A stretch of 64,000 bases of DNA from Lingula anatina (taxonomy: Eukaryota; Animalia; Brachiopoda), in contig CM120648.1 of the NCBI GenBank assembly GCA_051362555.1, positions 7,684,587 to 7,748,586 on the forward strand, in the 5' to 3' direction. Both the position numbers and the translations under genes were made by a program. Position 1 is the stretch's first letter; each line of letters starts with the position of its first letter. The notes under the pieces were generated by a model. The model saw only the letters and a program-made list of their open reading frames with translations, was not told where the DNA came from and did not search any database. Below, in pieces: positions 1-10,799 of this stretch.

Positions 1-124
1 TTTAATGGCATCTGAAAACAAAACAAAACAAAATAAAAATAAAAATAAGGATGTGAGGCACATTTTCACGCAATCTTCTCATTACTTAGGTATAAATCCT
101 GGATAAAAATATCACCAGTTGTAA

Positions 125-702
125 TCCCCGCCACCTTGTTTTATTGTCATCTTTACCGATGAATATTTCTAAGAAAAAAAACTAAATTTGAGCTAAGTTT
201 GACCCTACGGCCTTCCACTACTTTTTTAGATGAACACAGGTTAACTGCCAATGCATAGTACAGATCTAATTTCGTGTTCGGCTGTGCATTTGAAGCCCAT
301 CGATAACAAAAGTCGCCGCCATCTTGTTTTATTGTCATTTTTACCGTTAAATATTCCTAAGAAAAAAAGCTTAAGTTTAGCTAAGTTTGACCCTACGACC
401 TTCTACTACTTTTTTAGATGAACACAGTTTAACTGCCAATGCATAGTACAGATCTAATTTCGTGTTCGGCTGTGCATTTGAAGCCCATCGATAACAAAAG
501 TCGCCGCCATCTTGTGTTATTGTCATTTTTACCGTTAAATATTCCTAAGAAAAAAAGCTAAATTTTAGCTAAGTTTGACCCTACGACCTTCCACTACTTT
601 TTTAGATGGACACAGTTAAACTGCCAACGCATTGTATAGATCCACTTTCGTGTTCGGCTGTGCATTTTAACCCCGGCGATTATGATCAGGGCCGCCATTT
701 TG
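125..702. repeat. Tandem repeat, ~187-bp unit x ~3
   Basis: Near-identical blocks (…gctaagtttgaccctacg…gtgttcggctgtgcattt…) recur, delimited by CCGCCAYYTTG at ~129, ~316, ~504 and ~692. Confidence 0.9.
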
Positions 703-1046
703 CTTTATTGCCCGAAGTATTGTTTTATTTTCATAGAAAACTAAGCTACTATAAATTAAATTATCAACCAATAAAACGACAGTGTTATTCAGTCATCAGT
801 AATATAAAAACCAACGTACATAAAGTTAAACTCCCCGTGTTAGACCTTAGGTAACAAAGCATTTAAACTCGCTTGTCTGTCGCCATATTGCTAATTTGAA
901 TGCAACAACGGATTGAAGGCAAATTTTCACGATAATATCTGCTCCAAAATATTGCATATTTTACACACAAGTGAACCCTGTTAGTTTTCCCTTCTGCACA
1001 TACATTCTCAGAGAAACTACAAGACTAAAAGAGGTAATTTACCTAC

Positions 1047-1140
1047 CTTGAAATCGCCCACATGCAACAGAGCTCTACCTGCGCACGATCACAACGCGAC
1101 TGACTACTTCCGCCGTACGAACGTCTTTCCACAGTTAATC
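1047..1140 (-). promoter_or_regulatory. Candidate CpG-rich promoter/first exon of a minus-strand transcript running off the left edge
   Basis: CpG cluster, ETS-type CGGAAGT on - (1106-1112), minus-strand donor AAG|GTAGGT at 1047/1046 and a second donor CAG|GTAGAG at 1079/1078. Confidence 0.4.
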
Positions 1141-1268
1141 GGATTACCCTTTGAAGAATTGCCGAGTGTCCAATCTTTGGTATATTAGATCTTAGTTCAG
1201 ATACATCCCTGGCTGACTCACACAGCAGCTGTGTTCTGCTCTAATGTACCCTGGTCATGATCAGACAG

Positions 1269-1717
1269 TTCTGTTTTAAGTTAGATCATTTGTGAATGCA
1301 CCCTGCATGGAAGGCTGCACTTTTCAATCCTGTGGTGAAGTAAAAAGGTTTTCCAGCTTTCTGTTTTAAGTTAGATCATTTGTGAATGCACACTGCATGG
1401 AAGGCTGCACTTTTCAATCCTGTGGTGAAGTAAAAAGGTTTTCCAGCTTTCTGTTTTAAGTTAGATCATTTGTGAATGCACCCTGCATGGAAGGCTGCAC
1501 TTTTCAATCCTGTGGTGAAGTTAAAAGGTTTTCCAGCTTTCTGTTTTAAGTTAGATCATTTGTGAATGCACCCCGCATGGAAAGCTGCACTTTTCAATTG
1601 GGTGGTGAAGCTAAAAGGTTTTAAAGCTTTCTGTTTTTAGTTAGATCATTTGTGAATGCACCCTGCATGGAAGGCTGACCTTTTGAATCCTGTGGTGAAG
1701 CTAAAAGGTTACCCAGC
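1269..1717. repeat. Minisatellite, 90-bp unit x 5
   Basis: ttctgttttaagttagatcatttgtgaatgcac… restarts at ~1269, 1359, 1449, 1539 and 1629. Confidence 0.95.
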
Positions 1718-4438
1718 ATGGCACAGGGCCACAAGTGCCATGCCAGCATAAATCTAACAATTCAGAAAAAAAAAATTAATGGAGAAGAAGCAATTCCTCA
1801 GTATTAAAATTGATAGTCTAATACAGTTAAGTATCTTTTTGCAAGGTTGCAACACAAACCTTAATGGCTGTGGAGCTTGTTACTTATTCATGAAATAATT
1901 TGATCATCTTTTCCTCTATAATAGTATAAAAAAACAAAGAAAAACAAGCAGTCCAGAGAGAGAAAGAGAGAGAGAGAGAGACTTTATACATGCCAGTACA
2001 GATGATAATTTTTCCACTAGATTAAAAAGATAAATTGCAGTTGGATGCCACCATTTGCATTTTAGATGGAGGGAAGAGGGAGGGCAGTAATGCTCAACTG
2101 ATAACGACATTTAAAGGATTATTCACGTGGGCATTGAAAGCTTTTACTGGAGAAAAAGTTAAAAAGGTCAGGTAGATATGTCTACCTGTCTCCATTGAGG
2201 AGTTGTTCTAAATTTACCTGCGAGAAAATTGAGGCAGAGAGTCTAATTGCTTTTGAACTTCACTCAGCATGTCCCACGGAGCCAAAACATGCTAAAAATA
2301 TGTTTCTTACAAGCAAAAGGTGTGTGGCAGACAATCCTGAAATGTTCGAAACAATTTATCAATGAAGTACACTGGTATTGGGTTGAGCCTTCAACCAAGT
2401 GCGCACCGTAAAACGTGTACAGAGAGCCAGCTGTGGAATGATGAATGCTGGGAAAATGCTGCTTCAAAAGCAGGGGTTGCTTTGATAAGAATCGCTACAT
2501 TTGATGGGAAATTTTTGACAGGATTTTTGCATGAGCTTTCATATTATGAATGTGCACTTATGCTGCATTCAAATAGTTGGATGTTCGGATAAGAGACCTG
2601 GAATTTTCCGAGGGGCACTTACACCTGAACTTCTACTGGTGCTTTGAATGATTGAGTACCTGTAACTAGTTAAGGAAAAAAAAAGTCGGAAGATGAAGTG
2701 AAAAAACCTACAATTTCCTGACAGAAATAACCCATGAACTTCAAAACTTTCTTATTAGTCTGCATGTGTTGTTGGTGCTCGTTTTAAAAGTTTGGGTTCC
2801 AGATTCCAGGAATACTCTAGACAGAGTTATAAGCTGAAGGAGCTTCACTACAGAATGCTACTAGCATGTGATTGTACGAGTGCTTACTCTTTATTTCAAG
2901 GAAATACCAGCACCAGTGTTAAAAATTTATTGGCTGAATTTTCACTGTATTTGAAACAAGCAGGATATCAGATTTATTGATTGAGAAAATTCCAGATGGC
3001 AAATTATAAAGATGAAGCACGCAGTAGAAATGTGTCTTTTGCCATAAGGAGTTTGTAGGATGAAATGAACATCTTGTTGTGGGAAGAAGCATGGGACATT
3101 CAGACATAATCTGTGATTAGTGGTTCGTTACACCTTACCAAGTGACTAGAATATATGTATTCTCTCTTGTTTATATTGGGGTATTGGACATGGATTCTTT
3201 GACCTGTGCACTGAATAGTTATTTAAAACAATTTTCTTTGGTTTGAAAAGGAAAAGAAAAATCAATAATATGTCAGTTTAGTGTCACTTGGCAAAAAACT
3301 AGGAGTAAAAAAAAATTACATAATTGGAGACTAGCAGTTTCACAAAGATGCTGAATACAGATCTAGAATAAGCTGTTAGCAACACCAGGAGTAATTCTCC
3401 CGACTTTTCTTCTTTTTTGATTGATTACACAACTGTCTAAAATTTCTCCACAGATTCGTCACTGGAGACTGGCAATATCTGCTGTCTTCACATTGCACAA
3501 TCTCCCATAGATTCTTACTCTAACGAAACCCGAGATATAAAATATCAATTTGCACTCGAGTTTTGCCAGAGTTTTATGGATTTTCAGATTGCAGGCTGGT
3601 GTGAGGGGATAATGGGGTGATAAATAGTTCAGCTGAGCGACTGCTGGGCGTGATGCAGAGACTGTCCCTGTCTGATAATTAGGCAAAAAGAGAACTTTCA
3701 CAGTTGTTGTGTGCGAGTGATATATTGATGCAGCACATTATCATCAGATGACGGAGACACTTTAGTGGAGCTGGTCTTGGAGAACAGCATGTGGCGGACT
3801 CAGAACTGTAACTGTTAATTTAGCTATAAAAGAGTAATTTCACTGTGCATGCGGGATATGATATATTGACACGGTGGATTATGAAGGATAAACAGATGGT
3901 CCAGGCACTCATTCCTTGGAGTGTGAATTAGAGACAGGCTTCGGAGTAACTACTTGTCATGTATTACTGGGGAAAGAAAACCAATAGAGTGATTACTTTA
4001 AGGGATCTCTGAAAGTTAGATTATAGCAGTGATGCATCAGAGTGAAGAAACAAAATTATAAGTACAATAGAGATGGGTGTTTGAAAACAAACACTGAATG
4101 TGGAAAATACAAACTGCTACGGAATGATAGCAACATTGTAATGCTGTTATTGTTGCAACTGATACATACAACTAGATTGTGTGACAAGTTTGTGTTATGA
4201 AAGTTCCTAAGCTTGAATCATGCCCAAGTACAGATTATGCATGTAAAGAATTGGATTTTTCACATTGCATGAAAATGTCACGACAGATTATAGCTTGCGA
4301 TGCCCAACTGTACAAACAAAAAATGAAATTGGATTTCTTGTTGCTATCAACAACCCACCACGCCACGAAGGAAAACACTGCTCAATGATTGCAATTGTAA
4401 ATTAAAGAAGTGTACATACGTGTTTTGACATTGTATCT

Positions 4439-4441
<3 letters not shown>

Positions 4442-4491
<50 letters not shown>
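4442..4491. repeat. (TA)n microsatellite
   Basis: Direct reading. Confidence 0.98.
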
Positions 4492-4495
<4 letters not shown>

Positions 4496-6001
4496 TTTTC
4501 AGGGGTGTGAATCTCTTCTTAAAGAAAATGTCGTGTGATACTGCAAATACCAGAGGATGATGTTTCATTGGGCATCTATTTAGGTCAACACACCTGGCAT
4601 TTTTTTTTTTTAACATTGAAGCCGAAGGAAATAGTTCCTGTTTGAACATCTGTAAAACATACCATAATGGCCAAATGGCATTACTGGTATATTCAAATAT
4701 GCGGTGAGGCAGTCAGCCCTCTACTCCAGCGAAAAGCACTTAGAGTAATTGCAGTTGTCCATTAAGACATCTGTAGGTTTCCTGATGTGTTGGTGTGAGC
4801 AAGTTATAACACTTACTCCTGCATCTTGGTAAAATTTGTGCGGTTCAAAAAAAAAAAAAAATCTATAATGTATTGAAAGTGCATGGATGTGATTGAATGA
4901 AGTCAAATTACTTGCTGCCATCATGTTAGATGAATGTGTTTATATACACATACAGGCTATTGTGCAATTTATGAGTCATTATGATCTGAAATGAGAGTGC
5001 AGTGAAAAGGAATCAAGCACACTGAGCAGTTCTCATTCTTCCACGGTACCTAATAGTCTGTTAATTATGGACATGCAAGAGAGATGGTCTTGTGTCATAA
5101 CAAGCCTTGTGATGTACATGTGACAAATCAGTTTCTTTGCTGGACACTGCTTGGCATTCCAAGGGCCACTTCACTATAAAAGTGAAGCTTGTTTCTGTTT
5201 CACTGACGCCACAGCTTTGCTGCAATTCTACAGGGAAACTTTCATGTATGTGAGGCCGAAGTTATCCTGGTCACAGCATTTTATTGAAGAATCCAGCACC
5301 TGAGCTTGCCAAATAGAAAAAAAAAAAAGATTATTGATTTTTATTATACTTATTGCAGCCCTGAATGAAGTAGCATATGTTCCTGTTATTAAAACGGAGC
5401 CTTCCCCTGGATATTGGTGACATTTATGTACTTTGACTGTTTCTAGGAAGAAGGTGCATAGAGGCTATTCATATTTTCTGAATACGGGGATTTATTTTTA
5501 CCAGTCTGCTAGCACATGGCTCAGAGGATACAACAAGTTATTTAGATATTTGTGACTAGCAACCCTTAGGGTGAAAGGATGAGCTTTTAGCTTTATGGAT
5601 ATTACAGTTCTGAAGACATTGCCATAGGGGTTCAGTTTAGAGGAAAAAAGGAGTTGATGATCTAAAGAAGCTATAGGCGTGGTACAATAAGACTACTTTT
5701 TGTCTAGTGGTTAGCAGGATAAATATGGTCGTGAAATAATTGCTGTGCATTGTCCTAATATTGAAGGTGATCTCCTCTTTCCAGTCTTTTATAATTTTTA
5801 ATATTGACAATATTTCTGTAAGAATAGGAAATCATGACAAATGACAGGCTAGTTGAAAATGTCACAATAGAGGGCTTTACCACTTGATCAAGAGGAGCCA
5901 TAGACTTGTGCGATCTGTTTTTTAATTTGTATTCATGATAATTTTTGGATGTGCTCGAAATAGTGTTTGACTAGAAAAAATTAGAAGTATTTAACTGCAA
6001 C

Positions 6002-6182
6002 ATGACCTCGTACATGAGCTTAAAGAATCAGAAACGTCGTCGGAGTGTAGGGGGCGATGGTGTGCAGTCCACTGCCAACAGGGCCCAGATTCATTGGCTA
6101 CGGAGGTCCATATCTGTACTGACTTTCTGCAGTCCTCTGACACTGAAAGATGAACTTCTCTCCGATAACGATGAAGTTGAAG
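6002..6182 (+). CDS. aPKC: Candidate alternative first coding exon of aPKC (MTSYMSLKNQKRRRSV…SDNDEVE-G)
   Basis: ATG with A at -3, 60 open codons, then donor AAG|GTCAGG at 6182/6183 in phase 1. This joins in frame to the 6972 exon, giving …DEVEGDPC. No homology support for the peptide. Confidence 0.45.
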
Positions 6183-6971
6183 GTCAGGGAATATATTATA
6201 TTTTTCATTGTTATAAATTAGGTTGAATCTTTTGTCGTCTTTATATGTATGCTAGTATGGGTGTTTGAGTTATTATTGCAAAAATAGCATGAGTAGACTG
6301 ACACACAACATTGACAAGGCAAAAAAGCAACATATATTGTTACTTTTATTAATTAAGAGGAAGCTTTTGAAGTTTGATAATGTCCATTTTTCATAACTGT
6401 CAGTATTATGAGTCACTTCTGCTTTGGATGTATCCACTTACTAGTAATAATGGATGGTACATGCACATTAATATGGGGATTCAGTTTTAACCATCAAAAA
6501 CACTGTATCATGATTCCTTGTTAAAAACATCAGTACTGGTTTTATTGTCTTCTAGATCCCATCTATTACTTATATGCAAACTTTTGTATCAGTCTTAGTT
6601 CCCCACCACTGCTGTATGAATGTGCCACTGTCAGTGTGATTTGTGATAAAAGCAATGTCACAACTGTCACATTTTCACAGCTAACACAATATGATAGCAC
6701 GTACTTATCATTTTTGTACATTGGAGGGTAACACACACGCACACACAGAGGGAGAGAAAAGGAGCTTTTTAAATAAAGTAGAGTGAGCGTGTATGATGTG
6801 TGAGCAAGAGCGCATACACATATACATAATTATGCGCACACGAATATTTATTTTCTTTCTGGCTACTATGATGTAGCACTCTCAGACTAAGTTAGAAAGT
6901 TTTGGATTGCTATAACAATATAAATATACTATAAGTAAATTGTCACTTTATCTTTTATCTTGTTCTTTCAG

Positions 6972-7061
6972 GTGACCCTTGCACAGTGTCTTCTCAGATA
7001 GAGTTAGAAGAAGCCATCAGACTGTATGAAGTGAACAAGGACTCCGAGATCACCATACACA
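6972..7061 (+). CDS. aPKC: aPKC exon, PB1 domain second half ([30 protein letters not shown])
   Basis: ttctttcag| acceptor and |gtaagt donor; 90 nt; translation matches the aPKC PB1 domain. Confidence 0.96.
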
Positions 7062-8658
7062 GTAAGTTTCCCATGCCATTAGAAGATGATACTGAAGTAT
7101 TGACAATATTAACTTCTGCCTTGTGGGTTTTAGAGATGTGAAGTTATTGATGTGTGAGCCTTGAATCATGGTAATGGATTTACGCAAGGTTTTAAAACCT
7201 ATTTTGAAATGTACAATTGTTAAAATTTTCTACTTGAATGGCTACCCCTGAGATGACACAAATGATAAGAATGGCATATCAGTGTACATACATACAGCGC
7301 ATTCAGAACAGCTGACTAACAGATCCATGGACCAAATATGGACAACCCATTTGAATGCTTGTTGTGTAATCCCTGCAGGGAATCTACTCGTGTCTAATCG
7401 GGAATTAAGCGGCAAGCTTTTAAATGGGTCGCCATATTTGAACTGCGGAGCTGTTAGTCAGTTTTTCTGAATGCACTTGTGAAGATATCTGAGTTAATTG
7501 CCCAATGAGCCATGGAGATGTGGTTAATGGCCCATGTTAAACAAAAAGCTCATGTGACTGATGTTATTTCTCAAGAGATGGCCATCAGTATTCAAGTTGT
7601 GATCCATGTCTTGAGGATGGTTTGCTGTCTGGCACAACAAAATGTTATTACTAGTAAAGATTATTTTTTTGAGGGTGTATGTGTGTGTGTGTGTGTGTGG
7701 GATGGGGGTGGGGGAGGGGGAACTTTAAGATATAGAGAATAGGAGGGGGAAATGATGGGTACCGTAAAAAAAATCAGGATTTAGTGATGTACCAGTGCAT
7801 GTTTAACAAAAAGTTTCAAGAAAAACCCAGCCCAGAATAAGGGCAATGTGAAAACCAATAAGAATTTTCCCCACAACTAGAAAATATAATTCAGAAATAT
7901 TTAATAGTTAATTTAGATAATTGATAGTGAGTGTTCACAGCACTCAAACATCCAAGATTACATCATACCACATCACGCCATTTTGAGCCGTCTGGTTCGT
8001 TCTGCCCAGATAGACATACCTTGGTTCATAAACCCATGAATCATGTTATCTTGAGAAAGTACTCAATAGTGGAGACTGAGCTCAGTGTATGTCTGCAGAT
8101 AACATCCTAGTGCTAATGAAATAAAACCCTCAACTATCTCAGAGTTGATGAAATTGAACATCTCGCCTCCATGGAGACAGTGAAAAATAGGAGTTAACGA
8201 AAACTTAGGTATGATAAGAGGGAGAACTTTGCCAAATTATAGGGCATTACTGCACATTGAAAAAAATCTTTTGCGCAAACATCTAAATGGATATCTCCCA
8301 TTAGTCAATTATTGGAACGTTTTCACCAAATCATTGATGATATCTCTAAAAGGAACGTCATAAAGTACGTGGTAAATTAAATATCTTCAACATTTCATGA
8401 ACATTTTGTGTGTAAGCATGGGCTCAGTGGATCCAGATAAAAAAAATTTTTGCAACTTTTTTTTTTAATTATGAAAATGGACTCATGAGAATTGTGAAAA
8501 AGAATGATATATTGCCTGCCTCTTTGTATTTCTGCTGATGATCTTGTTGCATACTAGTAAAGATACATAGTCACTGTTAGTACTCCATAGTTGTCCTTTA
8601 TGGTAATTCCGCAATCTTTTCAAATCTGTAACAGGAGAACAAAAAAAAAAAGAACAGT

Positions 8659-8660
<2 letters not shown>

Positions 8661-8720
<60 letters not shown>
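8661..8720. repeat. (AG)n microsatellite
   Basis: Direct reading. Confidence 0.98.
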
Positions 8721-8721
<1 letters not shown>

Positions 8722-9015
8722 AAAAATTGTCGAATTTCAGATACATAATTTTACTATCACAAAATTATTTCTGTATAGTATATGTGGTGTTTTTACTGCA
8801 TAGAATACAGTAGAAGTTTAGAGTGTATTGCTTTTTAATTTTGTTGCTACCTCTCAATAGGAATGTTCTAATTTTAAGGGATTATGACTTTTAAAAAAGT
8901 ATCTGTAAAATTCACAACTTTGCCACCACTGAAGCTTACTGTTAGTTCTGTGATATGATTGGTTAAATAAGCTTTTATTTCATCAATAATAAAGCAGAGG
9001 TACTTTTATTTCCAG

Positions 9016-9066
9016 TTTTTCCAAATGTTCCTGAGAAGCCAGGATACCCCTGTATTGGGGAGGACA
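9016..9066 (+). CDS. aPKC: aPKC exon, end of PB1 (IFPNVPEKPGYPCIGED)
   Basis: ttttatttccag| and |gtgagt; 51 nt; phase 1-1; matches the aPKC FPxxPExPGxPCxGED motif. Confidence 0.96.
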
Positions 9067-10539
9067 GTGAGTACCATTCTTTTTTTATAATTGGTAAATT
9101 TTCAGATAAGTAGATGATATTGGCGGACTTTGTTTAAGTTAGAAGTCATATTGGACCAAGTGACCTGTGAGCTGAAAAGATAAAGTTGCCTATTATAGCA
9201 TCTTCTATTATAGCAATTTTTTTTTCGCTTAGCCATATCACCACTTTTATGTAAATTTGTTATCAAAATGGTTAAAATTTGACTAAAACAAGTCAAATCA
9301 AGCCCTTTTTCTTTAGCCAATTTCAGTAAGTTTTAGCATTTGGCTAAATTGGCGAGTGTTAGCACTACCCCAGCAATTTTTTTTCTAGACTTGTAAATTA
9401 TGCAAAAGCCACTGGCCAAACCCAAGTAGTGCTAGTTTAAACTTAGAGCAACAAAATCTTGAAAAAAAAATACTTGTAAACATAATATTTATTTCATCAA
9501 TGCAAACAACATATGAGTCAGTTTTTATTTATTTATTTATTTAGAAAATCTTAGCACTGAGTGTCTTCGACACTGCACTTGTGTTAGGCGTTATGAATAA
9601 ATTAAAGGGATAATAACACTTAATAACACAAAAAATGAATTTTCCTGGAGTAAACAACAATTTTCCCATACTTACCAATGGTTAATGAATCTATTTTTAC
9701 ATTCAAAGTTAGTCCCTGGTTTTTTTCTAAAATGTTTGGTTTTTTGTTAAAATCTCTTAAGAGATTTTAACAGAGTATAGCCTTCAATGGAGGTCACGTT
9801 GTCTAAAGACAAGATCAGATATCAGAATAATAGCTGTGACTGCTGTTTTTGTGGTAAAACAGAATATATTATATTTCTCTGAGTTATTCACAATGTTTTT
9901 ATTGTGAAATATAGATCTCATATGAAGAGTTATTATCCCTTTAATATGAATGGTTTGACAATTTACAAATGCCATTCATATCTTCCCCATCCCAATTAAT
10001 CCAATTAAACATAAAAGAGAAATTTAAGTACAATATGTCTGCTGATTGATGCTTGTCAATCAAGTTGGCTTTTATTTATGCCAACCCTAAATGAATTTCT
10101 CTGTTCAGCTAATATAAACGTCATTCTGCATTTGTTATCTTCACCACTCTCCCCAGTTGTAACGTATTTAGCCAGTGAAGTCCCCAATAAGATTATTTTT
10201 TTGAAAGAACTGTTGTCTTATTATTGATCTTGACACTTTTTGGCAAGTAAAACCGTGCTTGTAGTTAAATGGCTGAAAAAGAAAACTGTCAGATAAAATA
10301 GGGAAGTAGGTGGGGAAGAAATCATTGTTGTGGGATATGTGCAACTTTCATGTGAATATATCATTTTGCTTTATTAACACATTTTTCAAGAAGCCTCCCC
10401 CCCCCCCCCCCTCAATATATTGTGGTTTTACTTGGATGTTATGTTTTTGTGACAGATACAATTTATTCAATAACAAGTACCCTGAGTGTCAGAGCAACGT
10501 AAAAGCTAGCTTGTTAAATATATACCTTGTGATGGAGTC

Positions 10540-10799
10540 GCTTTTACTAGCTCTGACGAACAGCGACAATCTGAGGGCGTTCTTCTTCAAAATTTTGCCT
10601 AGGGCGCTTCCATATTTGGAAGTCACACGTCACAGCTGTGTCCTCCTGGATCCATATTTGGAAGTCATAAGTCTCGTACGTCACAGGTTTGGCCGCCTGG
10701 AGCTGCCTTTCCCGCCTCGCGCTGAAGTTATCTCGTGCAGACGAGACAAGAAGCAAAGTGCCTGACGAAGTTTGAATTGAAAATATCTTGCAGTCGAAG
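10540..10799 (+). promoter_or_regulatory. Intronic CpG-rich cluster of 2 CArG boxes, ETS cores and half-CRE sites; candidate internal promoter/first exon or enhancer
   Basis: CCATATTTGG at 10610-10619 and 10652-10661, each overlapping GGAAGT. ACGTCA at 10627 and 10678, CAGCTG at 10633, ~15 CpG in ~230 bp, and donor AAG|GTCAGT at 10799/10800. Confidence 0.6.

Noticed and set aside
5234-5303. Possible missing PB1 exon after ctacag|
   Set aside because: Translation (ETFMYVRPKLSWSQHFIEESST*) does not resemble PB1 and ends in a stop with no donor.
8483-8803. ORFs with ERERER/SLSLSL runs (likewise the YIYIYI ORFs at 4347 and 44721)
   Set aside because: Artefacts of microsatellites.
9110-9372. Possible DNA-transposon remnant (repeated ttagcca/tggctaa, ggcgagt)
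   Set aside because: No matching TIR pair or TSD could be defined.
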